Notes: generated by a model from the letters alone, not told the origin. A stretch of DNA of 64,000 nucleotides from an uncultured Candidatus Saccharibacteria bacterium (GCA_964397435.1 CAYNHU010000006.1:344-64343), one strand, 5' to 3'; positions 9,270 through 19,698 are shown, counted from the first letter of the stretch. Translations and numbers: made by a program.

Positions 9270-10142
9270 ATGGCAAAAATGCGAATGTTCGCACGATATA
9301 GCTTTATAACTCTTATGGTGATTACCGTTTCCCTCTGGGTGCGGGTTTTTGATACAACTACATCTTCGGATCACTTAAAAGTCGCTTTTCTGTCTATTGG
9401 TCAGGGTGATGCCATATATATTGAAGCTCCTAATGGACGGCAAATGATTATTGATGGAGGACCCAAGGGTTCGCTCGTCAAAGAGCTCAAAAAACAGCTC
9501 CCAGAGGGTGATACTTCGATTGATGTTATTGTTGTGACAAATCCAGATGCCGATCATTACGCCGGATTCCTTGAATTACTTGATACATATTCGGTCGGTG
9601 CTTTTATTGAACCAGGAGTTAGCTCAAAAACTGCAACATACCAGACATTCAAAAAACGCATACAGGAAAAGGGTATACGAACAGTTACGGCTCGAAAAGA
9701 CGTTGTTGTAACTCTCGATCAGGACCGAAACATTAGTTTCCGGGTGCTTTTCCCTGATAGACCCGTACAATCCATGTCGAGTAATGATGCTTCAACTATG
9801 GGCACTTTGGATTATGGAACCAGTCGCATTTTGTTTACAGGTGATGCGACTACAACAACCGAGCAGTTTTTGATTCGAGGCAACAAACCGGAGTTACTCC
9901 AGAGTTCACTACTAAAAGTTGGACACCACGGCTCTCGGACCTCAACGAGTGATGCACTACTTGCTGCTGTTGGTCCAGAATATGCCGTTATTTCTGCCGG
10001 CAAGAGCAACAAATACGGTCATCCACACCAAGAAATAGTAAATAAACTCAAAAAAGCGGGTATTCAGGTGCTTGTTACAAAGGATATAGGGACAATTGTG
10101 TTTGAAAGTGATGGTGTTGATTGGACGTTGGTCGCAAAATAA
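9270..10142 (+). CDS. MBL-fold metallo-hydrolase, ComEC C-terminal-domain-like (stand-alone), with N-terminal TM helix
   Basis: QGDAIYIE...DGGP, NPDADHYAG and KVGHHGSRTS...GHPH motifs typical of the ComEC beta-lactamase-like domain. Confidence 0.75.
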   Translation: MAKMRMFARYSFITLMVITVSLWVRVFDTTTSSDHLKVAFLSIGQGDAIYIEAPNGRQMIIDGGPKGSLVKELKKQLPEGDTSIDVIVVTNPDADHYAGFLELLDTYSVGAFIEPGVSSKTATYQTFKKRIQEKGIRTVTARKDVVVTLDQDRNISFRVLFPDRPVQSMSSNDASTMGTLDYGTSRILFTGDATTTTEQFLIRGNKPELLQSSLLKVGHHGSRTSTSDALLAAVGPEYAVISAGKSNKYGHPHQEIVNKLKKAGIQVLVTKDIGTIVFESDGVDWTLVAK

Positions 10143-10172
10143 AAACGCGGCGCCGAAGGCGCCGCGTTTTTT
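10141..10172. terminator. Bidirectional terminator
   Basis: aaaacgcggcgcc-gaa-ggcgccgcgtttttt. Confidence 0.8.
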
Positions 10173-11973
10173 AAAAACACTGATGATTCCAAATAGTTGT
10201 CGGTGTGATTGGTAGTGGTGTTTGACCGGGAGCTGGTGTTTGTTCAAGCATGAATATCATTTCAAATCGCAACAATTGTTTTTCTTCTGGATGATGAGTG
10301 TTCCATTCACGACAGAGATATCTGCCATACCCAAGTCGATACTGTTGGAAATCGGTATTCCAAAGATTCATCATATATTTTTGCCAGCGTTGGTTTTTGT
10401 ATGTGTATGCAACCCATGTTGGTTTTTCATATGACACTGGTCCTTCTTTTTGTGTAAATACATCAACCATTGAACCATCTCGTAATACACCAGGAAAGAC
10501 ATACCATCCATCTTCGAGCAGTGGTGTCGGCGCAAACATATTAAATTGCTGATCAAGATGTGTAAACCATCCGATTGGTTCAACTTCTTTTGAGATTACT
10601 GATTTCTTGAGATGCAGCGTATCAATATTCCAACCAATGACGTAAATGACCAGTGTTAGTACAAGTATGTTGGCAAGCACTATACCAGTTTTTTGCACCT
10701 GTGTTTTTGTTGCAACTGGTTCTGGAATGCAAACTGCTTTTCGTTTGTGCGATCCGTATTCATATAACCATTCACCAATATGTGAGATAAAAGGAAGTCG
10801 TAAAAGTGGTACAGTCCAAAAAACGAGTGGAGAGTGTGCAGCAATCATGCATGCACCACTCCAATGTGTTGCACGATTTCCTTGTGCATCAACAATGACC
10901 CATGAATTTTCTCGCACCATCAGAGTTTCAATTTCTGGATTTTCTTTTGCAGGAATAATTTTTGTTGTTGGATGAAGTAAGAGTGTACGGTCGAGCATGT
11001 GACTTGTTTTGTAACAAAAACTACAATCAAAATCATAGTACATTGTTAATCCTCGTTTCCCTTTTAAACGAATCCATGTGGTAAATGTACGCCAGCCTGA
11101 ATCCCAGAATGTTGACGGGAGTAATCCGAGGGTAATGACGATTGCAATCATGCCAAACAAACCAAGTCGCATTGAAGCATTGAAACCAATTTGCAAACAT
11201 GCAAAGAGAATAATGCCGAGCATGCGGAAAAAACTAGTAGCAACTGGTGAAAAGAAAAGCAGAGAGCCATACACTTCGATATACCATGTTGCATACGTGA
11301 GTGCACTCATCGTACGTGGAAAATCTTTGAGTAATGCGCCAACTGGTGTGATGAGCTGGTCAACATTGAGTGCATAATATACCGCGGTGCCATTGTGCCA
11401 CGCATCACCTGATTTGAGTATGCCTGTAAAAAAATACAAAATACAAATCTGCAAAATATAGGCAACGCTTGCGATGCCCACGAATGACGTTTCTTTTGGC
11501 TGTGCAGTGCGGTTGAACAAACGATCAAGTGACCATGCTTTGTTAAGTGGTAGAAACATCATCCAAAACATCACGACGCGAAGTACAACATCACCTCCTT
11601 GTAATACAAGTGGGTTGCGAACGTGCAATGACACAAGCAGCATCCATGAAGCAATCATTGCAAAACGAGTTCGATATCCAAGAAGTAACATAATCGCAAA
11701 CACTGCAGCAACTGCAAACAAGAGTGCTTCAAATGCAGTGAGGCCGCTCATGAGATGAGCAGATATCCACCATTTGTTTTCCCATAAACGAAGTAGTTCA
11801 GATCGTGGAAGTACTCCTGCGTCAGAATAGAAAGCGCGAAGGTCAGCTAGCCGTTGGATAATATCAAAAATGAGTACGAGTCCGATGCCGATACGCAATA
11901 GTGCGAGTGAGCGATAATCAAGTGAGAACCATTCTTTTACTTTGTGAACACACCACGTGACGATTGTTTTCAT
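10171..11973 (-). CDS. HTTM-domain (vitamin-K-dependent gamma-carboxylase-like) membrane protein fused to a DCC-type thiol-disulfide oxidoreductase domain
   Basis: N-terminal LALLRIGIGLVLIFDI...AFYSDAGVLP HTTM-like start with multiple TM helices. Internal YYDFDCSFCYKTSHMLD matches the DUF393/DCC CxxC motif. Confidence 0.55.
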   Translation of the reverse strand: MKTIVTWCVHKVKEWFSLDYRSLALLRIGIGLVLIFDIIQRLADLRAFYSDAGVLPRSELLRLWENKWWISAHLMSGLTAFEALLFAVAAVFAIMLLLGYRTRFAMIASWMLLVSLHVRNPLVLQGGDVVLRVVMFWMMFLPLNKAWSLDRLFNRTAQPKETSFVGIASVAYILQICILYFFTGILKSGDAWHNGTAVYYALNVDQLITPVGALLKDFPRTMSALTYATWYIEVYGSLLFFSPVATSFFRMLGIILFACLQIGFNASMRLGLFGMIAIVITLGLLPSTFWDSGWRTFTTWIRLKGKRGLTMYYDFDCSFCYKTSHMLDRTLLLHPTTKIIPAKENPEIETLMVRENSWVIVDAQGNRATHWSGACMIAAHSPLVFWTVPLLRLPFISHIGEWLYEYGSHKRKAVCIPEPVATKTQVQKTGIVLANILVLTLVIYVIGWNIDTLHLKKSVISKEVEPIGWFTHLDQQFNMFAPTPLLEDGWYVFPGVLRDGSMVDVFTQKEGPVSYEKPTWVAYTYKNQRWQKYMMNLWNTDFQQYRLGYGRYLCREWNTHHPEEKQLLRFEMIFMLEQTPAPGQTPLPITPTTIWNHQCF

Positions 11974-12030
11974 GCTAGTAAGTATAGCAGTTTTTGTGGG
12001 GTGGGTATAAACTGTATATGAGTGATAAAC

Positions 12031-12068
12031 AAAAACGAGCGACGCCTTCGGCGTCGCTCGTTTTTGTT
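12031..12068. terminator. Terminator downstream of rpmB
   Basis: gagcgacgcc-ttc-ggcgtcgctc stem with flanking A- and T-runs. Confidence 0.8.
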
Positions 12069-12080
12069 TGATTATGTTAA

Positions 12081-12323
12081 TTAGAGAATACCAGCTTTTT
12101 TGAGAGTTGCATATGCACCTCGCTTGTTGATTGTGCGGATTGCACGAGTTGAAATTTCGAGGGTAACTGACTTTTTGAGTTCAGGAATATACACCTTTTT
12201 CTTTTGAAGGTTTGGATACTTGCGGACCTTGCCGGTTGGGTTGAATTTTGTAGCACGAACACGGTTAGAATAGCCTCCCGCGACACGTGAACCCTTTTTA
12301 GTTATTGCGCATACTTTTGCCAT
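12081..12323 (-). CDS. rpmB: 50S ribosomal protein L28
   Basis: MAKVCAITKKG...PNLQ pattern. Start trimmed to the ATG at 12323. Confidence 0.85.
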   Translation of the reverse strand: MAKVCAITKKGSRVAGGYSNRVRATKFNPTGKVRKYPNLQKKKVYIPELKKSVTLEISTRAIRTINKRGAYATLKKAGIL

Positions 12324-12414
12324 ATGTCCTCGTACACTAACATATCTTTTTAAAATCTGCAACTCCCAACCTTGCAATACCGTAATTTAAAAATGGTGTG
12401 GTATACTTTCTCGT

Positions 12415-13050
12415 ATGTCAGTAGATACAATCACAAGCATTGTCGGTATCATTATCCTTATTTCTTCAGTTATCTTGCATGAAATAGCTCACGGCTATGC
12501 TGCTCTTTGGTTTGGAGATCGAACAGCTCTCCTTGCAAACCGACTTACCCTTAATCCTCTCCGTCACATTGATCCGATTGGCTCCCTCCTTGTTCCTGGT
12601 ATTTTAATCCTATCGGGTTCACCGTTTCCATTTGGATGGGCAAAACCAGTTCCATACAACGAAAACAACCTTTCTGACAAACGCTTGGGTACGCTCGCTG
12701 TTGCTTCAGCTGGTATTTTGGCTAATTTTGCCATCGCTACAGTTTTTGGGCTCTTACTTCGTGCTGGAATCTCATTTGGGCTTGTAAATCAAGGCTTTAT
12801 TTACATTGTCTCTATTATTGTCTTTGCAAACATTGGCCTCGGCTTCTTTAACTTACTCCCAGTTCCACCGCTCGATGGTTCAAAGATCCTTTTTAGCATT
12901 TTGCCTCAAAAATACCGAAATATCCGAGAAATGTTGGAAAATAACGGTTTTTTGCTTGTTTTTATCCTTGTTATTGTTCTTTGGAAGTATGATTTCATCT
13001 CACCACTTATGAGTGGTCTTTATACGATACTCACTGGTATACAGTTGTAG
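12415..13050 (+). CDS. Site-2 protease (M50) family membrane metalloprotease
   Basis: HEIAHGY HExxH in a TM helix and LLPVPPLDGSK motif. Confidence 0.72.
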   Translation: MSVDTITSIVGIIILISSVILHEIAHGYAALWFGDRTALLANRLTLNPLRHIDPIGSLLVPGILILSGSPFPFGWAKPVPYNENNLSDKRLGTLAVASAGILANFAIATVFGLLLRAGISFGLVNQGFIYIVSIIVFANIGLGFFNLLPVPPLDGSKILFSILPQKYRNIREMLENNGFLLVFILVIVLWKYDFISPLMSGLYTILTGIQL

Positions 13051-13109
13051 CTCGGGTGCGGCTTGCATTTTTAATTATTTTCTTGTATAGTAAGGGTACA
13101 AGTCTCTTG

Positions 13110-13133
13110 CAGACTTTTTTGTTTACCCGACGG
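13110..13133 (+). terminator. Weak terminator hairpin
   Basis: aagtct-cttgc-agactttttt. Confidence 0.5.
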
Positions 13134-13198
13134 TTTTGTCTGAACCCACGGCAAACAAATGAGTTGCCTATTTATTTATAGGTTAGTTTTCAATAATA

Positions 13199-13627
13199 AT
13201 GCCTTCAATTAATCAATTAGTTCGAAAACCAAGAAAGAAAGTTGTTGCGAAGTCAAAGGCGGTTGCGTTGGCTCGCGGCTTTAACGCGCTCAAAAATCGC
13301 CCTATCTTTTATGCTTCACCATTTAAGCGTGGTGTTTGTACAAAAGTAACAACAACTACTCCAAAGAAACCAAACTCAGCGCTCCGAAAGATCGCCCGAG
13401 TTCGTCTTACAAACGGTATGGAAGTTACTGCCTACATCCCAGGTGAAGGTCACAACCTCCAGGAACACTCAGTTGTTATGCTTCGCGGTGGTCGCGTGAA
13501 GGACTTGATCGGAGTTCGTTACCACATTGTTCGAGGTCGTCTCGATGCATCTGGCGTTGAAAAGCGTCGCCAGGGTCGCTCACTCTACGGTAACAAGAAG
13601 CCAAAGGCTGGTGCCGCTAAGAAATAA
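13199..13627 (+). CDS. rpsL: 30S ribosomal protein S12
   Basis: [13 protein letters not shown] and [10 protein letters not shown] motifs. Confidence 0.95.
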   Translation: MPSINQLVRKPRKKVVAKSKAVALARGFNALKNRPIFYASPFKRGVCTKVTTTTPKKPNSALRKIARVRLTNGMEVTAYIPGEGHNLQEHSVVMLRGGRVKDLIGVRYHIVRGRLDASGVEKRRQGRSLYGNKKPKAGAAKK

Positions 13628-13645
13628 TCAATCCCGAGTTATCCC

Positions 13646-14116
13646 ATGCGAAGAAAAGTAAAAAATCGTAATATCCCAAAACCAGATAGTCAGTACCAGT
13701 CAGCTGAACTCGCAAAGTTCATCAACAAGGTTATGCTTTCAGGTAAGAAAGAAACAGCTATTAAAGTAGTTTACAGTACTCTCGACCTCATCAAAGAAAA
13801 GTCAGGGGGACAGGACCCACTCGCTGTTTTTGCAGAAGCAATCAAAAATGCTTCACCACTTATGGAAGTTCGCTCACGCCGTATCGGTGGTGCTAACTAC
13901 CAGGTTCCTCGCGAAGTTCGTCCAGAACGCCGCCAGGCACTCGCAATCCGCTGGATCATTGATGCTGCTCGCGGCAAAAAAGGTCAGCCAATGCACATGA
14001 AACTCGCTGATGAATTGATTGCAGCTTCAAAAAATGAAGGTGCAGCAGTTAAGAAGCGTGAAGACACTCACAAAATGGCAGAATCAAACAAGGCGTTCGC
14101 TCACTTTGCTTGGTAA
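13646..14116 (+). CDS. rpsG: 30S ribosomal protein S7
   Basis: Canonical S7 N-terminus and length. Confidence 0.95.
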   Translation: MRRKVKNRNIPKPDSQYQSAELAKFINKVMLSGKKETAIKVVYSTLDLIKEKSGGQDPLAVFAEAIKNASPLMEVRSRRIGGANYQVPREVRPERRQALAIRWIIDAARGKKGQPMHMKLADELIAASKNEGAAVKKREDTHKMAESNKAFAHFAW

Positions 14117-14132
14117 TCCACACTGGATGTTT

Positions 14133-14167
14133 AAAAAGGCTCCCCGAAGGGGAGCCTTTTGTTTTTT
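14133..14167 (+). terminator. Terminator after rpsG
   Basis: aaaaggctcccc-gaa-ggggagccttttgttttttt. Confidence 0.85.
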
Positions 14168-14193
14168 ATGGTATATATGGTATACTGCTGCAT

Positions 14194-17100
14194 ATGTTTT
14201 TCACTCAAAAGAAATTTTTCATTATACCGGTCGCCATTGCGGTACTTGTTGCTGGAACATTGTTTGCAGATCACACTGCACGTGCAGCATCGTTTACGGT
14301 CAATTCATTACTTGATACTGTTGATGTAAATCCAGGCGACGGTATTTGTGATGATGGTTCTGGTAACTGTACATTGCGTGCAGCTATCGCAGAGGCAAAT
14401 GCAACGATAGGAGCAGATACAATAACTATTAGTGTTAACGGAGTAACTTCACCAACTACACAGTATCCTCAAATTATGGAAACCGTTAGTATCATTGGTC
14501 CTGGTCCTTCAAATTTTGAAATTGATGCAAGTGGTGTAGATGAACACCGAATTTTTAACTCAAACAATGTTGCAGGAAGTAGCTTTTCTGGTTTTAAGTT
14601 GAGTAATGTGTATGAAATCGGTTTCCATTTTGGACAGACTGATAATACTTCATGGAGTAATTTTGAAATCACTGGACGTGGAATTGATACTGGATGGGCG
14701 CTCCTCGAACTTGGGCCAAGTGATAATTACAGCATTACGAACTGTTCTCTTTCAGAAGGTGGTCTCGGTGTTCGAATTGTTGGTTCAACAAATGCTACGG
14801 TTGATTCTTGTACTGTAACGGGATCTCAACACAGTGGATTAACTAGTTACGATAGTTCATATACAACATTTAGAAACAATACAATTTCTAATGTTGGCGA
14901 CTTCGGTATGTTTATCATCTTCGGTTCTGATCACGCATTGATTGAAAACAATACAATTTCTGGTAGTGGAATCGGCGCTATCACTATGGGCTTGCTTGGT
15001 GCTGACAACGGCACAGTTTCTGATAACATTATTCGTGGCAATACACTTTCAACAAGTGGTGGTCCAGGTTTAACACTTGATGAGTTTGTTGAAAATACTA
15101 CTATTGTTGGGAATCGCATTCTCAACAACCACGATGCAGGTATTTATGTTTCTGGTACAAACACAACTATTGGTGGAACCGGCCCATCAGATTTCAATGT
15201 TATCGGTAATAACGGTGGCGGTATTATGACATGGAACGCTACAACGGTTACGATCCTCGGTAACTTTATTGGTGTTGATAGTGATGGTACTACTGCGATG
15301 GCCAACGATTCAGGCATTCAATTTTCAAATGGAACAGGAGCTTTTATCGGTGGAGCAAATGCTGGTGAAGGGAATGTGATTAGTAACAGCGTTCATATGG
15401 GAATTAGTATTGATGGAACCTCAACTGTTTCAATAAAAGGAAACCGTATTGGTGTGACCGCTGATGGTGAGACTGATGCTGGAAATAATGGACAAGGTGT
15501 TTTCCTTAAAAATGCTACCGGAGTTACTATCGGTGGAACAACTGCATCTGAGCGAAATATAATTTCTGGAAATACCAATCAAGGAATTTATGGTGACAAT
15601 ATTACAACCGCAGTTATTAAAGGCAATTACATCGGTACTGATGACGATGGGGCAGTAGCTATCGGAAACGGCCAACAGGGAATTCAGTTTGAAAATTCTA
15701 CTGACGTAACGATTGGTGGACCAAATGCTGGTGACGGTAACGTTATTTCTGGAAATACCATAAACGAAGGTATTCAGATGAGTGATGTGTCTAACGTGGT
15801 CATTCAGGGTAACTACATTGGATTAGATGCTACAGGTCTCAATCTTATAACTAATGATTCAGGAATCGTATTCGGTAATGTTTCAAATGCGACTATTGGT
15901 GGAACAAGTGCAACTTCTCGAAACTATATTGTAAACCAAGACGGAAATGGAATTAAAGTAGATGGGGTTGCTATTAATACTGCGGTTATTGGTAACTATG
16001 TCGGATTAAATACCGCTGGTGCTGTTACGGGTTCTCTACATACGGGTATTTATGTTAGTTCTGAGTTTGATGGAGCAACTTCAATTATCGGTGGAGTAAA
16101 TGCTGGTGAAGGCAACGTGGTCGCAGGAGTAACCTTTGATGGTTTTGCGTTTGGAATTCAGTTGGAAGCAACTACTAATGTTAGAGTATACGGAAACAAG
16201 ATTGGTACCAATGCTGCTGGAGTCGCAGCTCCTGGTTATGGTAATACAATTGGTATTGCAATGCTTATGGGCTCTGGTGTTGGAAATAACAAAATAGGAG
16301 GAATAGAGAGTGGTCAAGGTAACGTGATTGCGGGAAATACAATGGGAGGCGTGTTTGTATTAGGAGTAGCTGGCTCGTTCACAACTCGTAACTCTATCTT
16401 AGGAAATAGTATTTTTGCCAATAACGGAGTAGGAATCGATCTTCTTGATTTTGATGGAGTTTCTCTTATCAATCAGGGTCCAAATACAAACGATGCGGGC
16501 GATGGTGATACTGGTCCAAATGATTTGTTGAATGCACCAGTTATTACTTCAGTAAATACAACTTCTGGTGTAGTTACATACAAGCTCGATGTTCCTGCTG
16601 GAGATTATCGTGTTGAATTTTTCAAAAATCCAATAAGTGGCACATATGGTGAAGGTCAGATCTATCTCGGTTATGATGAATACACTTCTACTGGCTCAGA
16701 ATCTTCAGATACTGTTACTTTATCTTTGAGTGAAGGTGACTTTATCACTGCAGTTGTTACTGAACAATTTAGTCCGACTACATTTGGTTCAAGTTCTGAA
16801 TTTTCTCAAGCATATGGTACGTCCGGAGAATCAGCACCTGCTCCTGTTGGTGGCGGTGTTATCTCAGTTCAGAAAGTTTGTAATGATCCACGCGCAATTA
16901 ATTACACAACAGGTGTTGGTATTGGAGACAAAAAAGTTTGTACTTACAAACTAGATAACTCAAAAGAGCCAAGTATCGAAACACCGGACGCAACTACTTC
17001 ACAAGAAGCACAAGAGACACAAGAAACAGCCTGCCCTGCATTTAGTGGGTACTATCGAAAGGGTAGTGTCGGTGAAGAAATCAAAAAAATTCAACTCTTT

Positions 17101-17349
17101 TTAAATAAAGAGGTTGATGCCCGGCTGCCGATTACTGGTGTGTTTGGGGCTGCGACTGATGCAGCAGTCAAGAAGTTCCAGCAGAAATATTTTGATTTGA
17201 TTATCACCCCATGGGAGACATCTCAAAACGTAACTGGTTATTGGTATAAAACAACTCGTATGAAAGCAAACCAGCTTTCAGGATGCACTGAAACACCAGT
17301 AGTTCTCGAGACAAATGGTAAAACATGGGTTTTGCCATTGAGTCGCTAG
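14194..17349 (+). CDS. Large secreted right-handed parallel beta-helix repeat protein with C-terminal peptidoglycan-binding (PG_binding_1-like) domain
   Basis: Signal peptide MFFTQKKFFIIPVAIAVLVAG. Dozens of GNxIxGNxxxGI-type beta-helix repeats. C-terminal YYRKGSVGEEIKKIQLFLN...GVFGAATDAAVKKFQQKY. Start trimmed to the ATG at 14194, which lies right after a tatact -10 box. Confidence 0.7.
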   Translation: MFFTQKKFFIIPVAIAVLVAGTLFADHTARAASFTVNSLLDTVDVNPGDGICDDGSGNCTLRAAIAEANATIGADTITISVNGVTSPTTQYPQIMETVSIIGPGPSNFEIDASGVDEHRIFNSNNVAGSSFSGFKLSNVYEIGFHFGQTDNTSWSNFEITGRGIDTGWALLELGPSDNYSITNCSLSEGGLGVRIVGSTNATVDSCTVTGSQHSGLTSYDSSYTTFRNNTISNVGDFGMFIIFGSDHALIENNTISGSGIGAITMGLLGADNGTVSDNIIRGNTLSTSGGPGLTLDEFVENTTIVGNRILNNHDAGIYVSGTNTTIGGTGPSDFNVIGNNGGGIMTWNATTVTILGNFIGVDSDGTTAMANDSGIQFSNGTGAFIGGANAGEGNVISNSVHMGISIDGTSTVSIKGNRIGVTADGETDAGNNGQGVFLKNATGVTIGGTTASERNIISGNTNQGIYGDNITTAVIKGNYIGTDDDGAVAIGNGQQGIQFENSTDVTIGGPNAGDGNVISGNTINEGIQMSDVSNVVIQGNYIGLDATGLNLITNDSGIVFGNVSNATIGGTSATSRNYIVNQDGNGIKVDGVAINTAVIGNYVGLNTAGAVTGSLHTGIYVSSEFDGATSIIGGVNAGEGNVVAGVTFDGFAFGIQLEATTNVRVYGNKIGTNAAGVAAPGYGNTIGIAMLMGSGVGNNKIGGIESGQGNVIAGNTMGGVFVLGVAGSFTTRNSILGNSIFANNGVGIDLLDFDGVSLINQGPNTNDAGDGDTGPNDLLNAPVITSVNTTSGVVTYKLDVPAGDYRVEFFKNPISGTYGEGQIYLGYDEYTSTGSESSDTVTLSLSEGDFITAVVTEQFSPTTFGSSSEFSQAYGTSGESAPAPVGGGVISVQKVCNDPRAINYTTGVGIGDKKVCTYKLDNSKEPSIETPDATTSQEAQETQETACPAFSGYYRKGSVGEEIKKIQLFLNKEVDARLPITGVFGAATDAAVKKFQQKYFDLIITPWETSQNVTGYWYKTTRMKANQLSGCTETPVVLETNGKTWVLPLSR

Positions 17350-17370
17350 TTTCTGTTTTTTGCTAATAAT

Positions 17371-17400
17371 AAAAGCCCCGACCGCAGGTCGGGGCTTTTA
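17371..17400 (+). terminator. Terminator
   Basis: aaaagccccgacc-gcag-ggtcggggctttt. Confidence 0.85.
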
Positions 17401-17429
17401 TTGCAAATTGGACACCAATATTGTATAGT
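17401..17429 (+). promoter_or_regulatory. sigma70-like promoter for fusA
   Basis: ttgcaa, 17-nt spacer, tatagt. Confidence 0.55.
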
Positions 17430-17510
17430 ACGCTCATAAAAGACCTAAGCGGTCATTTTTATTTATCAGTAACATTGTTAGTAACGATTTAGCAATATTA
17501 GACAAGTTTT

Positions 17511-19661
17511 ATGGAAAGAGATTACCCACTAGAGAAAGTGCGAAACTTCGGTATCATCGCCCACATCGATGCCGGAAAGACAACAACCACAGAACGTGTG
17601 TTGTACTACACTGGAGTGTCACACAAGATCGGTGAAGTTCACGATGGTGAAACAACAACCGACTGGATGGAACAGGAACGCGAACGAGGTATTACTATTA
17701 CTTCAGCTGCGGTAACTTGTTTCTGGACACCAACATACGCAGGCAACGACAAAAACAAGAAGCACCGCTTCAACATTATCGACACTCCTGGACACATCGA
17801 CTTTACTGTGGAAGTAAAGCGATCACTTCGTGTGCTCGACGGTGCTGTGGTGGTATTCGACGGTGTGGCTGGTGTGGAACCACAGTCAGAAACAAACTGG
17901 CGTTACGCTGACGAAGCAAACGTTCCACGTATTTGTTTCATCAACAAGCTCGACCGAACAGGTGCTTCATTTGAACGTTCATACGGAACAATTCTCGACC
18001 GTCTTTCAAAGAAGGCAGTTCGCATGCAGATTCCAATTGGTCTCGAAGACAAATTCGAGGGCGTTGTTGATCTCTTGAAAATGAAAGCGTACTACTTCGA
18101 GGGCGATATGGGTAACAAGGTTATCGAAAAGGATATTCCTGAAGAACTCAAAGCTGAAGCTGAAAAGTACCACACAGAACTCATTGAAGCTATCGTTGCA
18201 AACGACGATGCTGCTATGACCGCTTACCTCGATGGAAAAGTTCCATCTATTAATGAACTCAAAAAGATTCTCCGTAAGGCAGTTATTGCCAACGCAATCT
18301 TTCCAGTGTTTGCTGGAACTGCTCTTAAAAACAAAGGTGTACAGCTTGTGCTCGACGCCGTTGTTGATTACCTCCCAGCCCCAACAGATATTCCTCCAAT
18401 TCCAGGTATCAATCCAGATACTGATGAACCAGATGTTCGAAAGGCATCTGACGCGGAACCCTTTGCAGCGCTTGCGTTCAAGGTTGCAACTGACCCATTC
18501 GTAGGACAAATTATTTTCTTCCGAGTTTACTCAGGTAGTTTGTCAGCAGGTTCATACATCTACAACCCACGAACTCGTAACAAGGAACGTATTGGTCGTA
18601 TCTTGCGTATGCACGCAAACGACCGAGAAGAAGTGAAGAAAGTGTTTGCTGGAGAAATCGCAGCAGCCGTTGGTCTTAAAGACACAATCACTTCAGATAC
18701 ACTCTGTGATGAAGAACACCCAATTGAATTGAACCGTATCGTCTTCCCAGAACCAGTTATCTCGCTCCGTATTGAACCAAAAACAAAAGCTGACCAAGAA
18801 AAAATGGGTATGGCGCTCAACCGTCTTGCTCAAGAAGACCCAACATTCCGCGTGACTACTGACCAGGAAACTGGTGAAACAATTATCGCAGGTATGGGAG
18901 AACTTCACCTCGAAATCATCGTTGATCGTATGAAGCGTGAATTCTCAGTTGAAGCTAACGTCGGTAACCCACAGGTGGCATACCGCGAAACAATTACAGG
19001 TACAGCAGATGTTGAAGGTAAGTACATCAAACAGTCTGGCGGACGCGGTAACTATGGTCACGTCAAGATCAAGATCAAGCCTATGGATATGACTCTTACA
19101 AAAGAGCAGATCGAAGACTTGCCACGAAACGTAAAACGAGAAGCTCACTTCGAATTCATAAACACAATCAAAGGAGGTGCTATTCCACAGGAATACATTC
19201 CAGCGGTTGAAAAGGGTCTCAAAGAAGGTCTCGAACGCGGTGTGCTTGCTGGATTCAAAATGGTTGACGTTTCAGTCGATCTTTGGGACGGTAGTTACCA
19301 CGATGTGGACTCAAACGAAATGGCTTTCAAAATTGCAGCGTCAATGGCTATCCAAGATGCATGTAAGCAGGCTCGTCCAGTGATCCTCGAACCTATGATG
19401 AAAGTTGAAGTTATCACTCCAGAAAAATTCATGGGAGATGTTGCTGGATCAATGTCAGCAAAACGTGGAATCATCGAAGGTATGGAAGCTCGCGGTATGA
19501 ACCAAGTAGTGAAAGCAGTCGTTCCATTGTCAGAAATGTTCGGTTACATGACCACACTTCGATCAATGACTGAAGGACGCGCAGGGTTCACTATGGAATT
19601 CCTCCGTTACGATGTTGTTCCTCAGAACGTTGCAGATACAATTATCGCAAAACGAAAATAA
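17511..19661 (+). CDS. fusA: Elongation factor G
   Basis: [19 protein letters not shown]-domain; full-length EF-G. Confidence 0.96.
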   Translation: MERDYPLEKVRNFGIIAHIDAGKTTTTERVLYYTGVSHKIGEVHDGETTTDWMEQERERGITITSAAVTCFWTPTYAGNDKNKKHRFNIIDTPGHIDFTVEVKRSLRVLDGAVVVFDGVAGVEPQSETNWRYADEANVPRICFINKLDRTGASFERSYGTILDRLSKKAVRMQIPIGLEDKFEGVVDLLKMKAYYFEGDMGNKVIEKDIPEELKAEAEKYHTELIEAIVANDDAAMTAYLDGKVPSINELKKILRKAVIANAIFPVFAGTALKNKGVQLVLDAVVDYLPAPTDIPPIPGINPDTDEPDVRKASDAEPFAALAFKVATDPFVGQIIFFRVYSGSLSAGSYIYNPRTRNKERIGRILRMHANDREEVKKVFAGEIAAAVGLKDTITSDTLCDEEHPIELNRIVFPEPVISLRIEPKTKADQEKMGMALNRLAQEDPTFRVTTDQETGETIIAGMGELHLEIIVDRMKREFSVEANVGNPQVAYRETITGTADVEGKYIKQSGGRGNYGHVKIKIKPMDMTLTKEQIEDLPRNVKREAHFEFINTIKGGAIPQEYIPAVEKGLKEGLERGVLAGFKMVDVSVDLWDGSYHDVDSNEMAFKIAASMAIQDACKQARPVILEPMMKVEVITPEKFMGDVAGSMSAKRGIIEGMEARGMNQVVKAVVPLSEMFGYMTTLRSMTEGRAGFTMEFLRYDVVPQNVADTIIAKRK

Positions 19662-19698
19662 TATAGTTTCCCAAGAGAGAAGGGAAGCTAGAAAACAC

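Noticed and set aside
9225-9374. N-terminal extension of SOD ORF (8628..9374)
   Set aside because: SOD homology begins at MKPYTPHTF. The extension is Cys/His-rich junk and would overlap the divergent MBL gene start region.
14110-14193. Start of the beta-helix ORF at 14110
   Set aside because: The first 28 codons overlap the rpsG stop/terminator hairpin and precede the -10 box. The signal peptide begins at the ATG at 14194.
18006-18509. 167-aa antisense ORF inside fusA, and similar antisense/alternate-frame ORFs (e.g. 29064..29396, 31298..31771, 31530..31922, 40583..41262, 45449..45895, 56807..57061, 57569..57931)
   Set aside because: They lie embedded in strongly supported conserved genes on the opposite strand or an alternate frame, have odd composition (Cys/Trp/Phe-rich) and no motifs. 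These are typical shadow ORFs.
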